Source: Acidimicrobiia bacterium (GTDB lineage: Bacteria > Actinomycetota > Acidimicrobiia > IMCC26256 > JAGPDB01). From it: a stretch of DNA of 64,000 bases. The stretch is from positions 36,010 through 100,009 of the forward strand of contig JAXLRE010000006.1 of assembly GCA_046331265.1 (NCBI GenBank). Reading direction: 5' to 3'. Within the stretch, counting starts at the first letter, position 1. Each line of letters opens with the position of its first letter. Below are positions 17,718 through 28,485 of the stretch, piece after piece. Made by a program: the position numbers and the translations under genes. Under the pieces are notes generated by a model that saw only the letters and a list, made by a program, of their open reading frames with translations, did no database searches and was not told the origin of the DNA.

Positions 17718-18809
17718 TTAAGGTAACGCGGTTACATTGCCTTTGTAATCATGCCATGTATGATTCTCAAAGTCGTAAAGCTTGCATGCTTTTGTAGCAC
17801 GAATGTAATCGCGGAACTTTAATTTCTTTTCTTTAATTTCAGGAAACTCTTTAATTAAAGCATCAGCAGCCTTATCTAGGTTATAGCAAGGTATTCTCAT
17901 GTCAACGTGATGAGGTACATGCACAAAAATATTGTAGAAGAACAAATAATTGATTGGTTTAGACAAGTGTAGAACTGTTGTACCTTCGATTTGTCCTTTG
18001 AAACTGTCCCATTCGTTTCGTGGCCACCATTTAATATCAGGGGATATGTGGTGAACATATACAGTCCAACCGATTATTGTCATGAAACCAAACCAAGGTA
18101 CGGCAATGATCTTTACAACAATCCAGATTGCACCTGCAATTGATCCGTAATGCATTAAGCCATATGCACACAATGCGACGATTGAAACAAGCCCAAACGC
18201 TAAAACAAATCTAACGTCTTTCTTGATTCTTTCGCGGTAACGCTCTGGAGGGTTGAACCAGATCATTTTGTCAAACCACACATTGCGTGTGTAATACAAA
18301 CCAGATCCTATTGCGCTCCACTCAACTTTGTGCTGAAACTTTCTAAAAGCATTCATTTTTTTAAATTGTTCAACAGTCGTTGGCATCCAAACAAAATCCA
18401 TTTGTTCACGAACGGTATGTCCATGATGTAAACGGTTGTGGCCTAATAGCCATCCTTCATATGAATGAAGTTCTGGAAGAAAAAGTAAACGGCCAATAAT
18501 TTTGTTTGCTTTCTTCGAATTGAATAGTGAACCGTGAGCTGCATCATGTCCAACAACGAACATCCCAGCTAAAGCAGCTGAAGCAAATAACCATCCAAGA
18601 AATACAACGATAGGATTATCGGTTGAGAACAAAACTATTAATGACAATACCCAAATGGTTACGGCTCTTGTAACGATTAAGGCACCTTTATGTGTAGGGC
18701 GGTCTAAGCATTCTTTAGGAATAGCATCTAGAGCTGGCTTTAAAGTTCGTACTTTTTTAGAGCCGACACCTGCGAATTCATTTGACAGTGATTTAGTAGG
18801 ATTTTGCAA
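17718..18809 (-). CDS. Membrane fatty-acid desaturase
   Basis: Three His boxes: HDAAHGS, HNRLHHGH, HVPHHVD. Confidence 0.85.
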   Translation of the reverse strand: MQNPTKSLSNEFAGVGSKKVRTLKPALDAIPKECLDRPTHKGALIVTRAVTIWVLSLIVLFSTDNPIVVFLGWLFASAALAGMFVVGHDAAHGSLFNSKKANKIIGRLLFLPELHSYEGWLLGHNRLHHGHTVREQMDFVWMPTTVEQFKKMNAFRKFQHKVEWSAIGSGLYYTRNVWFDKMIWFNPPERYRERIKKDVRFVLAFGLVSIVALCAYGLMHYGSIAGAIWIVVKIIAVPWFGFMTIIGWTVYVHHISPDIKWWPRNEWDSFKGQIEGTTVLHLSKPINYLFFYNIFVHVPHHVDMRIPCYNLDKAADALIKEFPEIKEKKLKFRDYIRATKACKLYDFENHTWHDYKGNVTALP

Positions 18810-18924
18810 GACTGACCTTCCGTTCGGTAGGGCGATATGTCCATTTATGATAGCGTCAAAAATGGGCTATGTCTATGCCAAGGTCATTAAATGTGCAATA
18901 TTTTGTAAACGACGACTTACCTAT

Positions 18925-18978
18925 GCGTGTTGGGTCGATTTTCTATTGTTTTTTGTTTAAAAACCCCCCCCAACACCG
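18925..18978. repeat. REP-like palindromic element, copy 1 (degenerate inner part, C8 tract in the right arm)
   Basis: GCGTGTTGGGTCGATTTTCTATTG...CCCCCCCCAACAC. The arm GTGTTGGG pairs with CCCAACAC. It overlaps the last codons and the stop codon of the LPXTG gene. Confidence 0.5.
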
Positions 18979-20393
18979 TAAAACGAATGGGAACAAAGAA
19001 CTAAAATAAGACCAAATAGGATTAAAGCAAAAGCAGTAGGAAAGTTATTCTCTGCACCTGTTGCAGGCAAAGTTGAATCCAAGTATCGAATTGTATTTTC
19101 ACCTAATACTTGAACACCGTTTTGAACTGCACTGTAATCTTGTACGCTACTTGGATCTAAAGTCAATGCAAAAGTTGTTCCTCTAGAAATGCCTTTAACT
19201 CTAACTTCCCAAGTGTAATTATCTAATTGGCTAAAACTTGTAACAGAAACGCCACTAGCTAATGCCAAGTCATCTTGAATAAAAGATGGTGCATAAATTA
19301 GCTTGTTAAAGCTAACACGGAAACAGCCAGTGCCATCTGTTGTAAATTCTTTTTGACTTGGGCAACGATTGACTGTGACTTTTAGCTCACTGTTATCAAA
19401 AGCAAGTACTACTAAATTGTTATTGTCAGTTATCGTTGCTGGATCAATTCCAGCGAAAACTGTTGCTTGAGTTCTAATTGAATCAAGATCGTCTCCAACG
19501 GCAACTCCAACAACTACAGTGCTACCTGTTGCAAAAGCAGTATTAGCAACTAAATTAATAATGACTTTTCCACTTTGACCAGGACTTAAAACTCCACCTA
19601 CTGGAGTAAACTGGCAACCAACAATATCTCCGGCATACGATGCCAAACCAGGGACCGAAGAAGCAGGTCCAATTGTTCCACAAGCATCAACGTTTAGAGG
19701 GTCGTTAGTGTCTGCATCAAGTCCGTTTGTATATGTCACGCCACCAGGTAACACGAAGTAAACACCAAGCTTGCTTGAAGATGGATTATCTATATATGTG
19801 CCTTGTCCAGAATTTGTAAGTGTAACTTCATAACTAACAGGTGTTCCGTTTGTAATAGGACCTGATGTTAAAAGTCTTGTAGATATAACTAGATCTGGGT
19901 CAGCTGCAATTGGAGCAGAAGTATATGATGCAGAATCATTAGAACTATTTGAATCCACATTATTTGAAGTATCTGATAATTTGCTGGACAAAATTGTCGA
20001 TGTTACTTGTATCTGTTGCCCAATAGATCCAGCAGTACCAATAAAACCTAACGCAACGATTTGAGATCCTTCCAAAGTGCCGGTCCATTTTTGTAAAGTA
20101 TTGTTATACGAACCATTGTCTGTTGCATTTGAGGATGCAAAGCCACTAGGTAGTGCTAATGAATCCGTGACCGTAAAGTTCGAAAAAGTTGTGTCGAGAG
20201 ATATTTCACCAATTGAATCTGTACCAGCGTTATGTATGACGATTGCAAAGGCTCGTTCGCCGGCAACACTTTGAATTGAAATTTCTAAGTCGCTTGTTCC
20301 ATCTTGAGGAGTAGCATTCAACGCGAAAGCGCCTGAAGGTGCAGAGATTAATAATGTCAGTAAAAGGCCGCAAAATATCAAGAGTTTCTTCAT
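18957..20393 (-). CDS. Secreted cell-surface protein with a C-terminal LPXTG (LPATG) sortase signal
   Basis: Signal peptide MKKLLIFCGLLLTLLISAPSGAFA, a T/S/N/G-rich beta-type repeat body (DUF11-like), and LPATG followed by a hydrophobic segment at the C-terminus. Confidence 0.8.
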   Translation of the reverse strand: MKKLLIFCGLLLTLLISAPSGAFALNATPQDGTSDLEISIQSVAGERAFAIVIHNAGTDSIGEISLDTTFSNFTVTDSLALPSGFASSNATDNGSYNNTLQKWTGTLEGSQIVALGFIGTAGSIGQQIQVTSTILSSKLSDTSNNVDSNSSNDSASYTSAPIAADPDLVISTRLLTSGPITNGTPVSYEVTLTNSGQGTYIDNPSSSKLGVYFVLPGGVTYTNGLDADTNDPLNVDACGTIGPASSVPGLASYAGDIVGCQFTPVGGVLSPGQSGKVIINLVANTAFATGSTVVVGVAVGDDLDSIRTQATVFAGIDPATITDNNNLVVLAFDNSELKVTVNRCPSQKEFTTDGTGCFRVSFNKLIYAPSFIQDDLALASGVSVTSFSQLDNYTWEVRVKGISRGTTFALTLDPSSVQDYSAVQNGVQVLGENTIRYLDSTLPATGAENNFPTAFALILFGLILVLCSHSFYGVGGGF

Positions 20394-20498
20394 GTTAAAT
20401 GTATCGGCAATATGGGTAAATTCATTAATTCGAACATTGAATCGTATTTTCCCAGCTATTTAGTCATTTCCTCACATATTTGTTAGCATCTAGGCCTT

Positions 20499-21887
20499 AT
20501 GCAAAACCCTGAAAAGGCAGCAATAGTTTTAGCGGCTGGACTTGGAACCCGAATGAAGTCCGATAAATCTAAATTACTTCATGAACTTTGCGGAAAAACT
20601 TTTATAACTCATATTGTTTCGAAATTAGAGAATCTTGTCGATGAAATAGTTGTAATTGTTGGTAACAGTAAAGATGAAGTTATCGATGAAGTAAAAAAAA
20701 CCTGCCCTAACTTTATAGACAGAATAACTTTTGTTGATCAAGAAGAAATGTTAGGAACTGGCCATGCTGTAAAAGTTGGTCTAAGTTTTCTTTCTGAATC
20801 CATTAAAGACGTAATTGTAGTTTTAGGTGATATGCCATTAATTACAGAACAAGTGTTATCAGAAATATTTAATACTTATTCGCAATCGAATATGCACTTA
20901 TTGGTTTCAACAGCTTTACTTGAAAACCCCTATGGTTATGGACGCATATTAAGAGATGAAAATAATATAGTTTCAAGAATTATTGAAGAAAAAGATTGTG
21001 ATGAGAATTTAAGAAATATAAACGAATGTAACATGTTTCCTTTTGTGTTTAAAAAAGAATTTATAGATTTTGCGATTGACAAATTAGATACGAATAACTC
21101 TCAAGGAGAATTGTATTTAACGGATATTGTCGAAATTGCGCGACAATCTTTTAAAGGTGTTACGTCATATTCATATAAAGATATCCGTATTGCACAAAGT
21201 GCAAATGATAGGTATCAACTTTCAAAACTGGAGAAAATTATGCGTGAAAATATAAATCAAAAGCATATGGAAAATGGTGTAACGATAATTGATCCAAACA
21301 ATACCTACGTTGATGATGATGTTGTAATAGAAAATGATGTTACATTGCTTCCTGGCACATACCTACAAGGCAAAACTGTAATCTCAAAAGGTTGCATTAT
21401 TGGACCTAATACAAGAATTATCGATTCAGAAATTAGCGAGAACTGTATTATTGAATCAAGCAAGATAGTTGAATCCAAAATTGGAAATGCAGCAACTATT
21501 GGTCCATTTGCGTCATTGCGAGCAGGATGCCAACTGCAAGATAACGTTCATGTTGGAACTTCGGTAGAGCTAAAAAAATCAACTGTAGGTAAAGGAACTA
21601 AGATTCCTCACCTTTCTTATATAGGAGATGCGACTATTGGCGAAAACGCGAACTTAGGTGCTGGTACGACTACAGCTAACTATGATGGTAAAAATAAGCA
21701 TCAAACTGTAATCGGAAACAATGTAAAAACTGGCGTAAATACAGTTTTAGTTGCTCCTGTAAGTCTTGGTGACGGAGCTTATACTGGAGCTGGAGCCGTA
21801 GTTGTCAAAGATGTTCCTTCTGGGGCTCTCGCAAAAGGTGTACCGGCAACTAATGACGATGATTGGATTGCACCTAGCGATCGATAA
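20499..21887 (+). CDS. glmU: Bifunctional UDP-N-acetylglucosamine pyrophosphorylase / glucosamine-1-phosphate N-acetyltransferase
   Basis: LAAGLGTRMKS N-terminal NTP-transferase motif and C-terminal left-handed beta-helix hexapeptide repeats. Confidence 0.95.
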   Translation: MQNPEKAAIVLAAGLGTRMKSDKSKLLHELCGKTFITHIVSKLENLVDEIVVIVGNSKDEVIDEVKKTCPNFIDRITFVDQEEMLGTGHAVKVGLSFLSESIKDVIVVLGDMPLITEQVLSEIFNTYSQSNMHLLVSTALLENPYGYGRILRDENNIVSRIIEEKDCDENLRNINECNMFPFVFKKEFIDFAIDKLDTNNSQGELYLTDIVEIARQSFKGVTSYSYKDIRIAQSANDRYQLSKLEKIMRENINQKHMENGVTIIDPNNTYVDDDVVIENDVTLLPGTYLQGKTVISKGCIIGPNTRIIDSEISENCIIESSKIVESKIGNAATIGPFASLRAGCQLQDNVHVGTSVELKKSTVGKGTKIPHLSYIGDATIGENANLGAGTTTANYDGKNKHQTVIGNNVKTGVNTVLVAPVSLGDGAYTGAGAVVVKDVPSGALAKGVPATNDDDWIAPSDR

Positions 21888-21917
21888 GATATTGAGGGTT
21901 TCCAAAAGGAGTTTGCA

Positions 21918-22904
21918 TTGATGGAGTTAGTGACCAAAAAACGGTTCATGCTTGTTAGCGGTAGCGGTAACGAAAAGCTTGCTAAAGAAATAGCGGATGA
22001 ATTAAAAGTTCAATTAGGTGAAATGTCATTATCAACATTTTCAAATGGTGAACTATACGTTCGTTACGCAGATTCAATCCGTGGTGCAGACGTATTTATA
22101 ATCCAATCTCATTGTGAACCAATTAACGATCGAATAATGGAACAAATGATTATGATCGATGCTGCAAAGCGTGCATCAGCAAAAAGAATTACAGCCGTTG
22201 TTCCTTTTTACGGTTATGCACGACAAGATAGGAAAGCACAAGGTCGTGAGTCGATAACAGCAAAATTGATTGCTGATATGTTAACTGTTGCTGGTGTTGA
22301 TCGGGTTATCAGTGTTGATTTACATACAGGTCAGATACAGGGATTTTTTGATTGTCCTGTTGACCACTTAACTGCGGTGCCGCTTTTGGCTGAATATCTT
22401 GGCGAAAAAATAGGAAGCGATATAACAGTTGTATCACCAGATGCAGGTGGTGGTAAGAGAGCTAGGAAATTCGCGAACATTTTAGAAACAATGGGTATTG
22501 ACACAGAATTAGCTTTTATTGACAAGCGTCGACCAAAAGGAACTTTCAATCAATCAGTTGCAGAAGAAGTTGTAGGTGAAGTCGATGGACGTAATTGTGT
22601 CCTTGTTGATGACATGATTGACACTGCAGGAACAATGTGTGCTGCTGCAGAATTGTTAAAAGAACGCGGAGCTAAAGACGTATATATGGCAGCAACGCAT
22701 GGAGTGCTTTCTGGTCCAGCTATTGAACGTTTAGAAAAAGCTTCAGTTAAAGAAGTTGTAATTACAAACACTATTCCACTTAGCGCAAATGCATCTACAA
22801 AAATCACAGCACTATCTATTGCGCCAGTTATCGCTAAAGCTTTGGACCATGTTTTTGAAGATGCAAGTGTTTCTGAAATGTTTCATGGTGACAACTATCA
22901 ATAA
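21918..22904 (+). CDS. prs: Ribose-phosphate pyrophosphokinase
   Basis: YARQDRK motif and the PRPP-binding loop VLVDDMIDTAGT. Confidence 0.95.
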   Translation: MMELVTKKRFMLVSGSGNEKLAKEIADELKVQLGEMSLSTFSNGELYVRYADSIRGADVFIIQSHCEPINDRIMEQMIMIDAAKRASAKRITAVVPFYGYARQDRKAQGRESITAKLIADMLTVAGVDRVISVDLHTGQIQGFFDCPVDHLTAVPLLAEYLGEKIGSDITVVSPDAGGGKRARKFANILETMGIDTELAFIDKRRPKGTFNQSVAEEVVGEVDGRNCVLVDDMIDTAGTMCAAAELLKERGAKDVYMAATHGVLSGPAIERLEKASVKEVVITNTIPLSANASTKITALSIAPVIAKALDHVFEDASVSEMFHGDNYQ

Positions 22905-22935
22905 ACTTTTTTAAAGAATAAATCTATTTTTACTT

Positions 22936-23706
22936 ATGTTTAAATCTGCATTGCCTATAACTGGTGCTTGTGATCAAATGCCATTGCATTGGGGTGTAGA
23001 TTATGATCCTCTTTCTGTTCGTAAACTATCAGGATTTGGAAATCTAATTGATGATTTAACACGCTCAACTGATCAAGCTGTTAGGTCAATCGCAGATGTG
23101 TTTTTTGATCCTTCAAAATCATGTGACGATCGTGCGTATGAATGTCTTGAAATTTATTGCCATGATAGTGGTGTAAGTATTTCTATAGATTTTTCGGCTA
23201 CCCAAATTGATATACGAATAAATTATGGAACTGATTGTGAAGTTTTAATAAGTGATGTCTTAGGGCACAATGGCAACTTACTTGGTTTGCCAGATAACGA
23301 AATTCAATTATTAATTCAAGCGTTGATGGATCACGAAAAGTTGATTGCATATGCAAGAAGAATTGATCAAGCATTTTCGCAGGCTAATGGAAGACCTTCA
23401 TATTTACAAGGAAAAAATGCAAGCAAAGTTAGATTTATAAGTGATCCTAACTATTCAGATATTGAGACGCCTCCGCATGTTGATTATGGCGATCTTACTG
23501 TCGTGAGCGCTGCAAATGATCCAGATCTATACACTTTTATTAATAGACAAGCACCAAATGGAGCTTTTCAACGAGACGATAGAGTTGCTATAGAAAAAGG
23601 TGATTTGCAATTATTTTGTGCAACGAGAACTCACCATTGTCGACCCACAGTTCAAACAGGTGAAACTCTCCACCGAATAGCTGCAATAACAGGATTTAAC
23701 AGATAA
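22936..23706 (+). CDS. Hypothetical protein, possibly of the 2OG-Fe(II) oxygenase superfamily
   Basis: PPHVDYGDLTVVSAAND (HxD, like HTDyg.lT.L), a later THH, and LHRIAAITGF (RxS/A-like). The match is weak and made by eye only. Confidence 0.3.
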   Translation: MFKSALPITGACDQMPLHWGVDYDPLSVRKLSGFGNLIDDLTRSTDQAVRSIADVFFDPSKSCDDRAYECLEIYCHDSGVSISIDFSATQIDIRINYGTDCEVLISDVLGHNGNLLGLPDNEIQLLIQALMDHEKLIAYARRIDQAFSQANGRPSYLQGKNASKVRFISDPNYSDIETPPHVDYGDLTVVSAANDPDLYTFINRQAPNGAFQRDDRVAIEKGDLQLFCATRTHHCRPTVQTGETLHRIAAITGFNR

Positions 23707-23787
23707 TTACTGGTGAAGTGGCACGAAGGAGCTGTTTTCTAGCAGAATATATGTTCTGATTTTTGAAGTTATTATTAAGGAATACAA

Positions 23788-24444
23788 ATGGCAGCTACAG
23801 AATTAAAAGCAACAATGAGAACCAGCCTAGGTTCAGCAAATTCTCGACGTGAACGAAACGAAGGACAGGTGCCTGCTGTTGTTTATGGGCATGGATCAGA
23901 AACACTTTCTGTATCTGTAAATGCTTTAGAACTAAATCGTATTCTTGCAAGTGAGACTGGTGCGAACACCTTAATTGCTCTCGACATTGATGGGAAAAAA
24001 GACACTGCACTAGCACGTCAAATTAAACGTCATCCGACTAAGCCACAAATAACTCACGTAGATTTCATTCGTGTAAACGTAAATGAAGAAGTTGTAGCTG
24101 AAGTTACGTTGCACCTTGAAGGTGAACCTGAAGGTGTTAAAGATGGTGGGCGTTTAGAGCAGATTCACTTCACTTTAACGGTAAAGGCAAAACCTGCAGA
24201 CATTCCAGTATCACTTTCACACGACATTTCTGCAATGACAATTGGTGGACACCTAGAGGTGGGCGAAATTGTATTGCCAAGTGGTGTTACAAGTGAACAA
24301 GAAGCAGACACTGTAGTGGCAGTTATTTCAGTTCCTCGTGGTAAGTCAGATGAAGAAGCAGCAGAAGGTGCTGAGGGCGAAGCAGCAGAAGGCGATGTAG
24401 CTGCAACAGCTTCAACTGAAGGTGAATCAAAAGATAAAGAGTAA
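23788..24444 (+). CDS. rplY: 50S ribosomal protein L25 / general stress protein Ctc form
   Basis: RRERNEGQVPAVVYG N-terminus, two-domain length, and the acidic Ala/Glu tail typical of Actinobacteria. Confidence 0.9.
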   Translation: MAATELKATMRTSLGSANSRRERNEGQVPAVVYGHGSETLSVSVNALELNRILASETGANTLIALDIDGKKDTALARQIKRHPTKPQITHVDFIRVNVNEEVVAEVTLHLEGEPEGVKDGGRLEQIHFTLTVKAKPADIPVSLSHDISAMTIGGHLEVGEIVLPSGVTSEQEADTVVAVISVPRGKSDEEAAEGAEGEAAEGDVAATASTEGESKDKE

Positions 24445-24453
24445 TCTATTGCT

Positions 24454-25020
24454 GTGGAATTCATAGTCATAGGTTTAGGCAATCCTGGTAAGGAATACGA
24501 AAACTCTCGTCATAACGTTGGCTACAAAACAATAGATATTTTGTGTGACCGTTATGGCGTTAAGTTGTCTAAAGAAACTTCTTCATCACAAGGTGCTTCT
24601 ATTGTTCTTGGTGGACATAAAACTCTTATAGCTAAATCAAATACCTTTATGAATGATTCTGGTGTAGCTGTTGGAGAAATAATAAGAAGATATAAGGTCG
24701 GTCCTAAAAATTTGATTGTTGTTCATGATGAACTAGATCTCGAAGACGGAATTGTAAAGATAAAGCTTGGCGGTGGATTAGCTGGCCATAATGGCTTACG
24801 CTCAATTAAGCAACATATAAAAACACAAGATTTTATTCGTGTCCGTATAGGAGTTGGAAAGCCATCTCATAAAACACAAGGAGCAAGTCATGTGCTTAAG
24901 GCTCTAAGTAAAAAAGAAATGGAAGAACTTCTTATTTCATGTGAAATGTCTGCAGATATCGTGGAAACGATTATTGAAACAAATCTTGAAAACGCCATGC
25001 TCAAGTTTCATTCGCTCTAG
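24454..25020 (+). CDS. pth: Peptidyl-tRNA hydrolase
   Basis: IVIGLGNPGKEYENSRHNVG and VHDELD motifs; GTG start. Confidence 0.9.
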   Translation: MEFIVIGLGNPGKEYENSRHNVGYKTIDILCDRYGVKLSKETSSSQGASIVLGGHKTLIAKSNTFMNDSGVAVGEIIRRYKVGPKNLIVVHDELDLEDGIVKIKLGGGLAGHNGLRSIKQHIKTQDFIRVRIGVGKPSHKTQGASHVLKALSKKEMEELLISCEMSADIVETIIETNLENAMLKFHSL

Positions 25021-25059
25021 TAATAAATAGATATATATTTTTCGCTAATCTTAATTTAA

Positions 25060-28000
25060 ATGAATAAGAACGCACAGGCGCCTTTTGCCAACTTAGTGGC
25101 GGAGCTATGTTCAAATTCTCAAAGTGATGTAATAAAGAAAAATATTGGTTCATCTTTAGCTGTACCAGAAAAGATTAGATCTTTGTGCGTTGCAATAGCG
25201 TCGCAAAATTTTGATTCAACATTATTAGTTATAACGCCTACGAATACACAAGCGCAGTCGCTGGCATATGATCTCGAGAACTTTCTAGATAAAGATGTAA
25301 TTGAATATTTTCCTGCATGGGAAACACTTCCGTTTGAAAGAGTGAGCCCTTCAATAGAAGCCATGGGACATAGATGTAGAGTAATTTCAAAATTACATTC
25401 GAATAAAAAACCAAAAGTAGTTGTTGCTTCCGCGCGTGCAGCTGCGCAGAAAATTATTAAAAATGATATAACTGGTTTTCCGATAACTAAAAATGAAGAG
25501 TTAGATAGAGATTATCTAATTAATACTCTCGTAACTTGGGGATACTCACGTGAGTTTCAAGTTGAATCTCGTGGCGAATTTTCAGTGCGTGGTTCTATAT
25601 TAGATATTTTTCCTTCTACTACAGCTCACCCAATAAGGATTGAATTTTGGGGCGACACAGTTGAAAGAATTAGTGAATTTTCTATTGCTGATCAAAGATC
25701 AAAAACAACAATCGAGAATCTAGAAATTTTTCCGGCAAGAGAATTAATCGTTGATGACGAACTTATTAATAAAGCAAATGAACTAGCGATAAGTTTTACA
25801 TGGGCGAGTCAATCGTTAGAAGCAATATCAAACAGAGAAATTTTTGATGGCATGGAATCGTTTCTTCCAATACTTAGTGCTGACCAAAACGGCATTTTCT
25901 CTTGCGTTTCTGGAGACGATCAAATTATTTTATGTGATCCAACCCAAATTAATCATAGATTAAATGATTTAATCCAAGAAGAAAGTGCTTTGGCTCAAAC
26001 TTTAAGTGTCACATGGGATGCAAATGTAAAAGACACGCCAAGTCTGTTCATTAACCTAGAAAAAATTGTCAGTGATATTAACTGTACCAAAACCCATTGG
26101 CCTTCAATAGCGACAGGTGTAAATATCGAATCTGTTTTATCTATGGGATTCGATTCTCCTCGTGGTGACATTGTTGAATTAACGAAACGATTACGCAAAC
26201 AAGTAGATGATGGTTTTACAACGATATTAGTTTCAGACTCTTCTTCAGGGGTCAAACGTATTTGCGATCAATTATCTAAAGAAGGTTTAAACGTAACTGT
26301 TATTGATGAATATCCGAGCGTTGGAAATCTGCAAGGAATTTATGCTCTTGTTGCGACGCTAGAACATGGTTTTGTCAGTTCAACGTTTTCTGTTTCAATA
26401 ATCACAGACCATGAACTTGCAGGACGACGCCATGTTAGAAGGTCAAGTTTAGGGTCAAGGAAATCAATACAAACTTATGACGATTTAACAAAAGGTGATT
26501 ATGTTGTGCATCACCACCACGGTGTAGGTGTATTTGAAGGCTTGGAAACAAAAACCATGATGGGAGTCACACGTGAATATTTAATACTTTCTTTTAAAGG
26601 TAGCGATAAATTATTCGTTCCTTCTGACCAAGTTGGTTTGGTTCGTAAATATATAGGTACAGACAAACCTGTATTGAATAAATTAGGCGGAGCTGACTTT
26701 GAGAAGACAAAAAATTCGATTCGATCACAAGTTAATTTAATCGCTCAAGAGCTAATTGTTTTATACAGAAAAAGACTAAATACAAAAGGACATGCATTTT
26801 CGCCAGATAATAATTGGCAAAAGGAAATGGAAGATCTTTTCCCTTACGAACTGACAATAGATCAGGCACGTGCCATTAATGAAGTTAAGCAAGATATGGA
26901 AAATGATTATCCTATGGATCGTCTTGTGTGCGGCGATGTTGGCTTTGGTAAAACTGAAGTCGCCTTAAGAGCAGCATTTAAAGCAGTGCAAGATTCCAAA
27001 CAGGTAGCTGTTTTAGTGCCGACAACATTATTAGCTACACAGCATGGACATACATTTGAAAGTCGTTTAACTTCATTCGGTTTAAACGTTCAAGTGCTAT
27101 CAAGGTTTAAAACCGCAAAAGAGCAAAGACAAATTTTAGATGATTTAAAAACTGGGGCAGTAGATGTCGTCATTGGTACGCATCGATTGCTTTCTAAAGA
27201 TGTAAGTTTTAAAAACTTAGGTCTTTTAATCGTTGATGAAGAACAACGATTTGGGGTGTCTCATAAAGAAGCTTTAAAACATTTTACGATAAATGTCGAT
27301 GTCTTAACTCTAAGTGCTACGCCAATTCCTCGTACTTTAGAAATGTCCCTTACAGGTATTAGGGACATGTCAATGATTACGACACCGCCAGCAGAACGGC
27401 AACCCATACTTACATATGTTCACGAATATGATGAAAGAGCAGTAGCCGAAGCGATCAGACGCGAATTGTTACGCGAAGGACAAGTATTTTTTGTTCATAA
27501 CCGCGTTCGAGACTTAGAACATATCGCAGATCGCGTGCGAGATCTTGTACCTGAGGCAAAAGTTATAACAGCACATGGTCAAATGAGCGAAACAAAACTT
27601 GAACGTATAGTAGAAGACTTTTATGAGAAAAAATATGACGTACTTATTGCAACAACAATTATAGAAAGTGGTCTTGATTTACCTTCTGTAAATACATTGA
27701 TTGTTGACCGCGCAGATGCAATGGGGCTTGCTCAGCTTTACCAATTACGTGGTCGGGTGGGTCGCCGTGGTCAAAGAGCTTATGCGTATTTATTCTCACC
27801 TCAGAATAAAGCTATCTCTCATGAGGCATACGAACGTCTAAAAACAATAGGCGAATTTACTGAACTCGGATCAGGTTTCAAAATTGCTATGAGAGATTTA
27901 GAAATGCGAGGGGCAGGTTCTCTTTTAGGTGATGTTCAGTCTGGACATATAGCAGCAGTAGGTTTTGATCTTTATTGTGAGATGGTGACAAACGCTATTG

Positions 28001-28479
28001 ATGAATTAAATGGAGTCGAACCTGAGCAAATAAATGAAGTCACTATTGACTTACCTCTGGATGCTCTATTGCCTGAAGACTACGTTTCGAAACAAGACCA
28101 ACGTTTTGACATATATAGAAGGCTGACAACCGCCAAAACTGTTGCAGAAATAGATCAAATCAGCGAAGAATTATTAGATAGGTTTGGTCCATTACCTAAA
28201 GTTGTTGAAAACTTGATTGGCATCTCTAATTTGCGGACATATTGTATTTCTAATTCGATTACTTCAATAATAAGTAGCTCGAACTCTTATCGATTGCTAT
28301 GTTCTGATCTTGCACAATCTTTGCAGATTAGGCTCAAAAGGCTATATCCTTATGCTATATATAAACCTAGGCATGCATTAGGTCCTGCTGAAATTGTTTT
28401 GAAAATTGATAGCGAGGATATAATCTTCCAATTACAAAAGCTTATTACTGACTTATTCGGTGAATCTGAACTAGCCTAA
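25060..28479 (+). CDS. mfd: Transcription-repair coupling factor
   Basis: 1139 aa; CarD/TRCF domain (GDYVVHHHHGVG), SF2 helicase motifs (GDVGFGKTEVA, DEEQRFG), and a TRG-type C-terminus. Confidence 0.95.
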   Translation: MNKNAQAPFANLVAELCSNSQSDVIKKNIGSSLAVPEKIRSLCVAIASQNFDSTLLVITPTNTQAQSLAYDLENFLDKDVIEYFPAWETLPFERVSPSIEAMGHRCRVISKLHSNKKPKVVVASARAAAQKIIKNDITGFPITKNEELDRDYLINTLVTWGYSREFQVESRGEFSVRGSILDIFPSTTAHPIRIEFWGDTVERISEFSIADQRSKTTIENLEIFPARELIVDDELINKANELAISFTWASQSLEAISNREIFDGMESFLPILSADQNGIFSCVSGDDQIILCDPTQINHRLNDLIQEESALAQTLSVTWDANVKDTPSLFINLEKIVSDINCTKTHWPSIATGVNIESVLSMGFDSPRGDIVELTKRLRKQVDDGFTTILVSDSSSGVKRICDQLSKEGLNVTVIDEYPSVGNLQGIYALVATLEHGFVSSTFSVSIITDHELAGRRHVRRSSLGSRKSIQTYDDLTKGDYVVHHHHGVGVFEGLETKTMMGVTREYLILSFKGSDKLFVPSDQVGLVRKYIGTDKPVLNKLGGADFEKTKNSIRSQVNLIAQELIVLYRKRLNTKGHAFSPDNNWQKEMEDLFPYELTIDQARAINEVKQDMENDYPMDRLVCGDVGFGKTEVALRAAFKAVQDSKQVAVLVPTTLLATQHGHTFESRLTSFGLNVQVLSRFKTAKEQRQILDDLKTGAVDVVIGTHRLLSKDVSFKNLGLLIVDEEQRFGVSHKEALKHFTINVDVLTLSATPIPRTLEMSLTGIRDMSMITTPPAERQPILTYVHEYDERAVAEAIRRELLREGQVFFVHNRVRDLEHIADRVRDLVPEAKVITAHGQMSETKLERIVEDFYEKKYDVLIATTIIESGLDLPSVNTLIVDRADAMGLAQLYQLRGRVGRRGQRAYAYLFSPQNKAISHEAYERLKTIGEFTELGSGFKIAMRDLEMRGAGSLLGDVQSGHIAAVGFDLYCEMVTNAIDELNGVEPEQINEVTIDLPLDALLPEDYVSKQDQRFDIYRRLTTAKTVAEIDQISEELLDRFGPLPKVVENLIGISNLRTYCISNSITSIISSSNSYRLLCSDLAQSLQIRLKRLYPYAIYKPRHALGPAEIVLKIDSEDIIFQLQKLITDLFGESELA

Positions 28480-28485
28480 ATAGCT

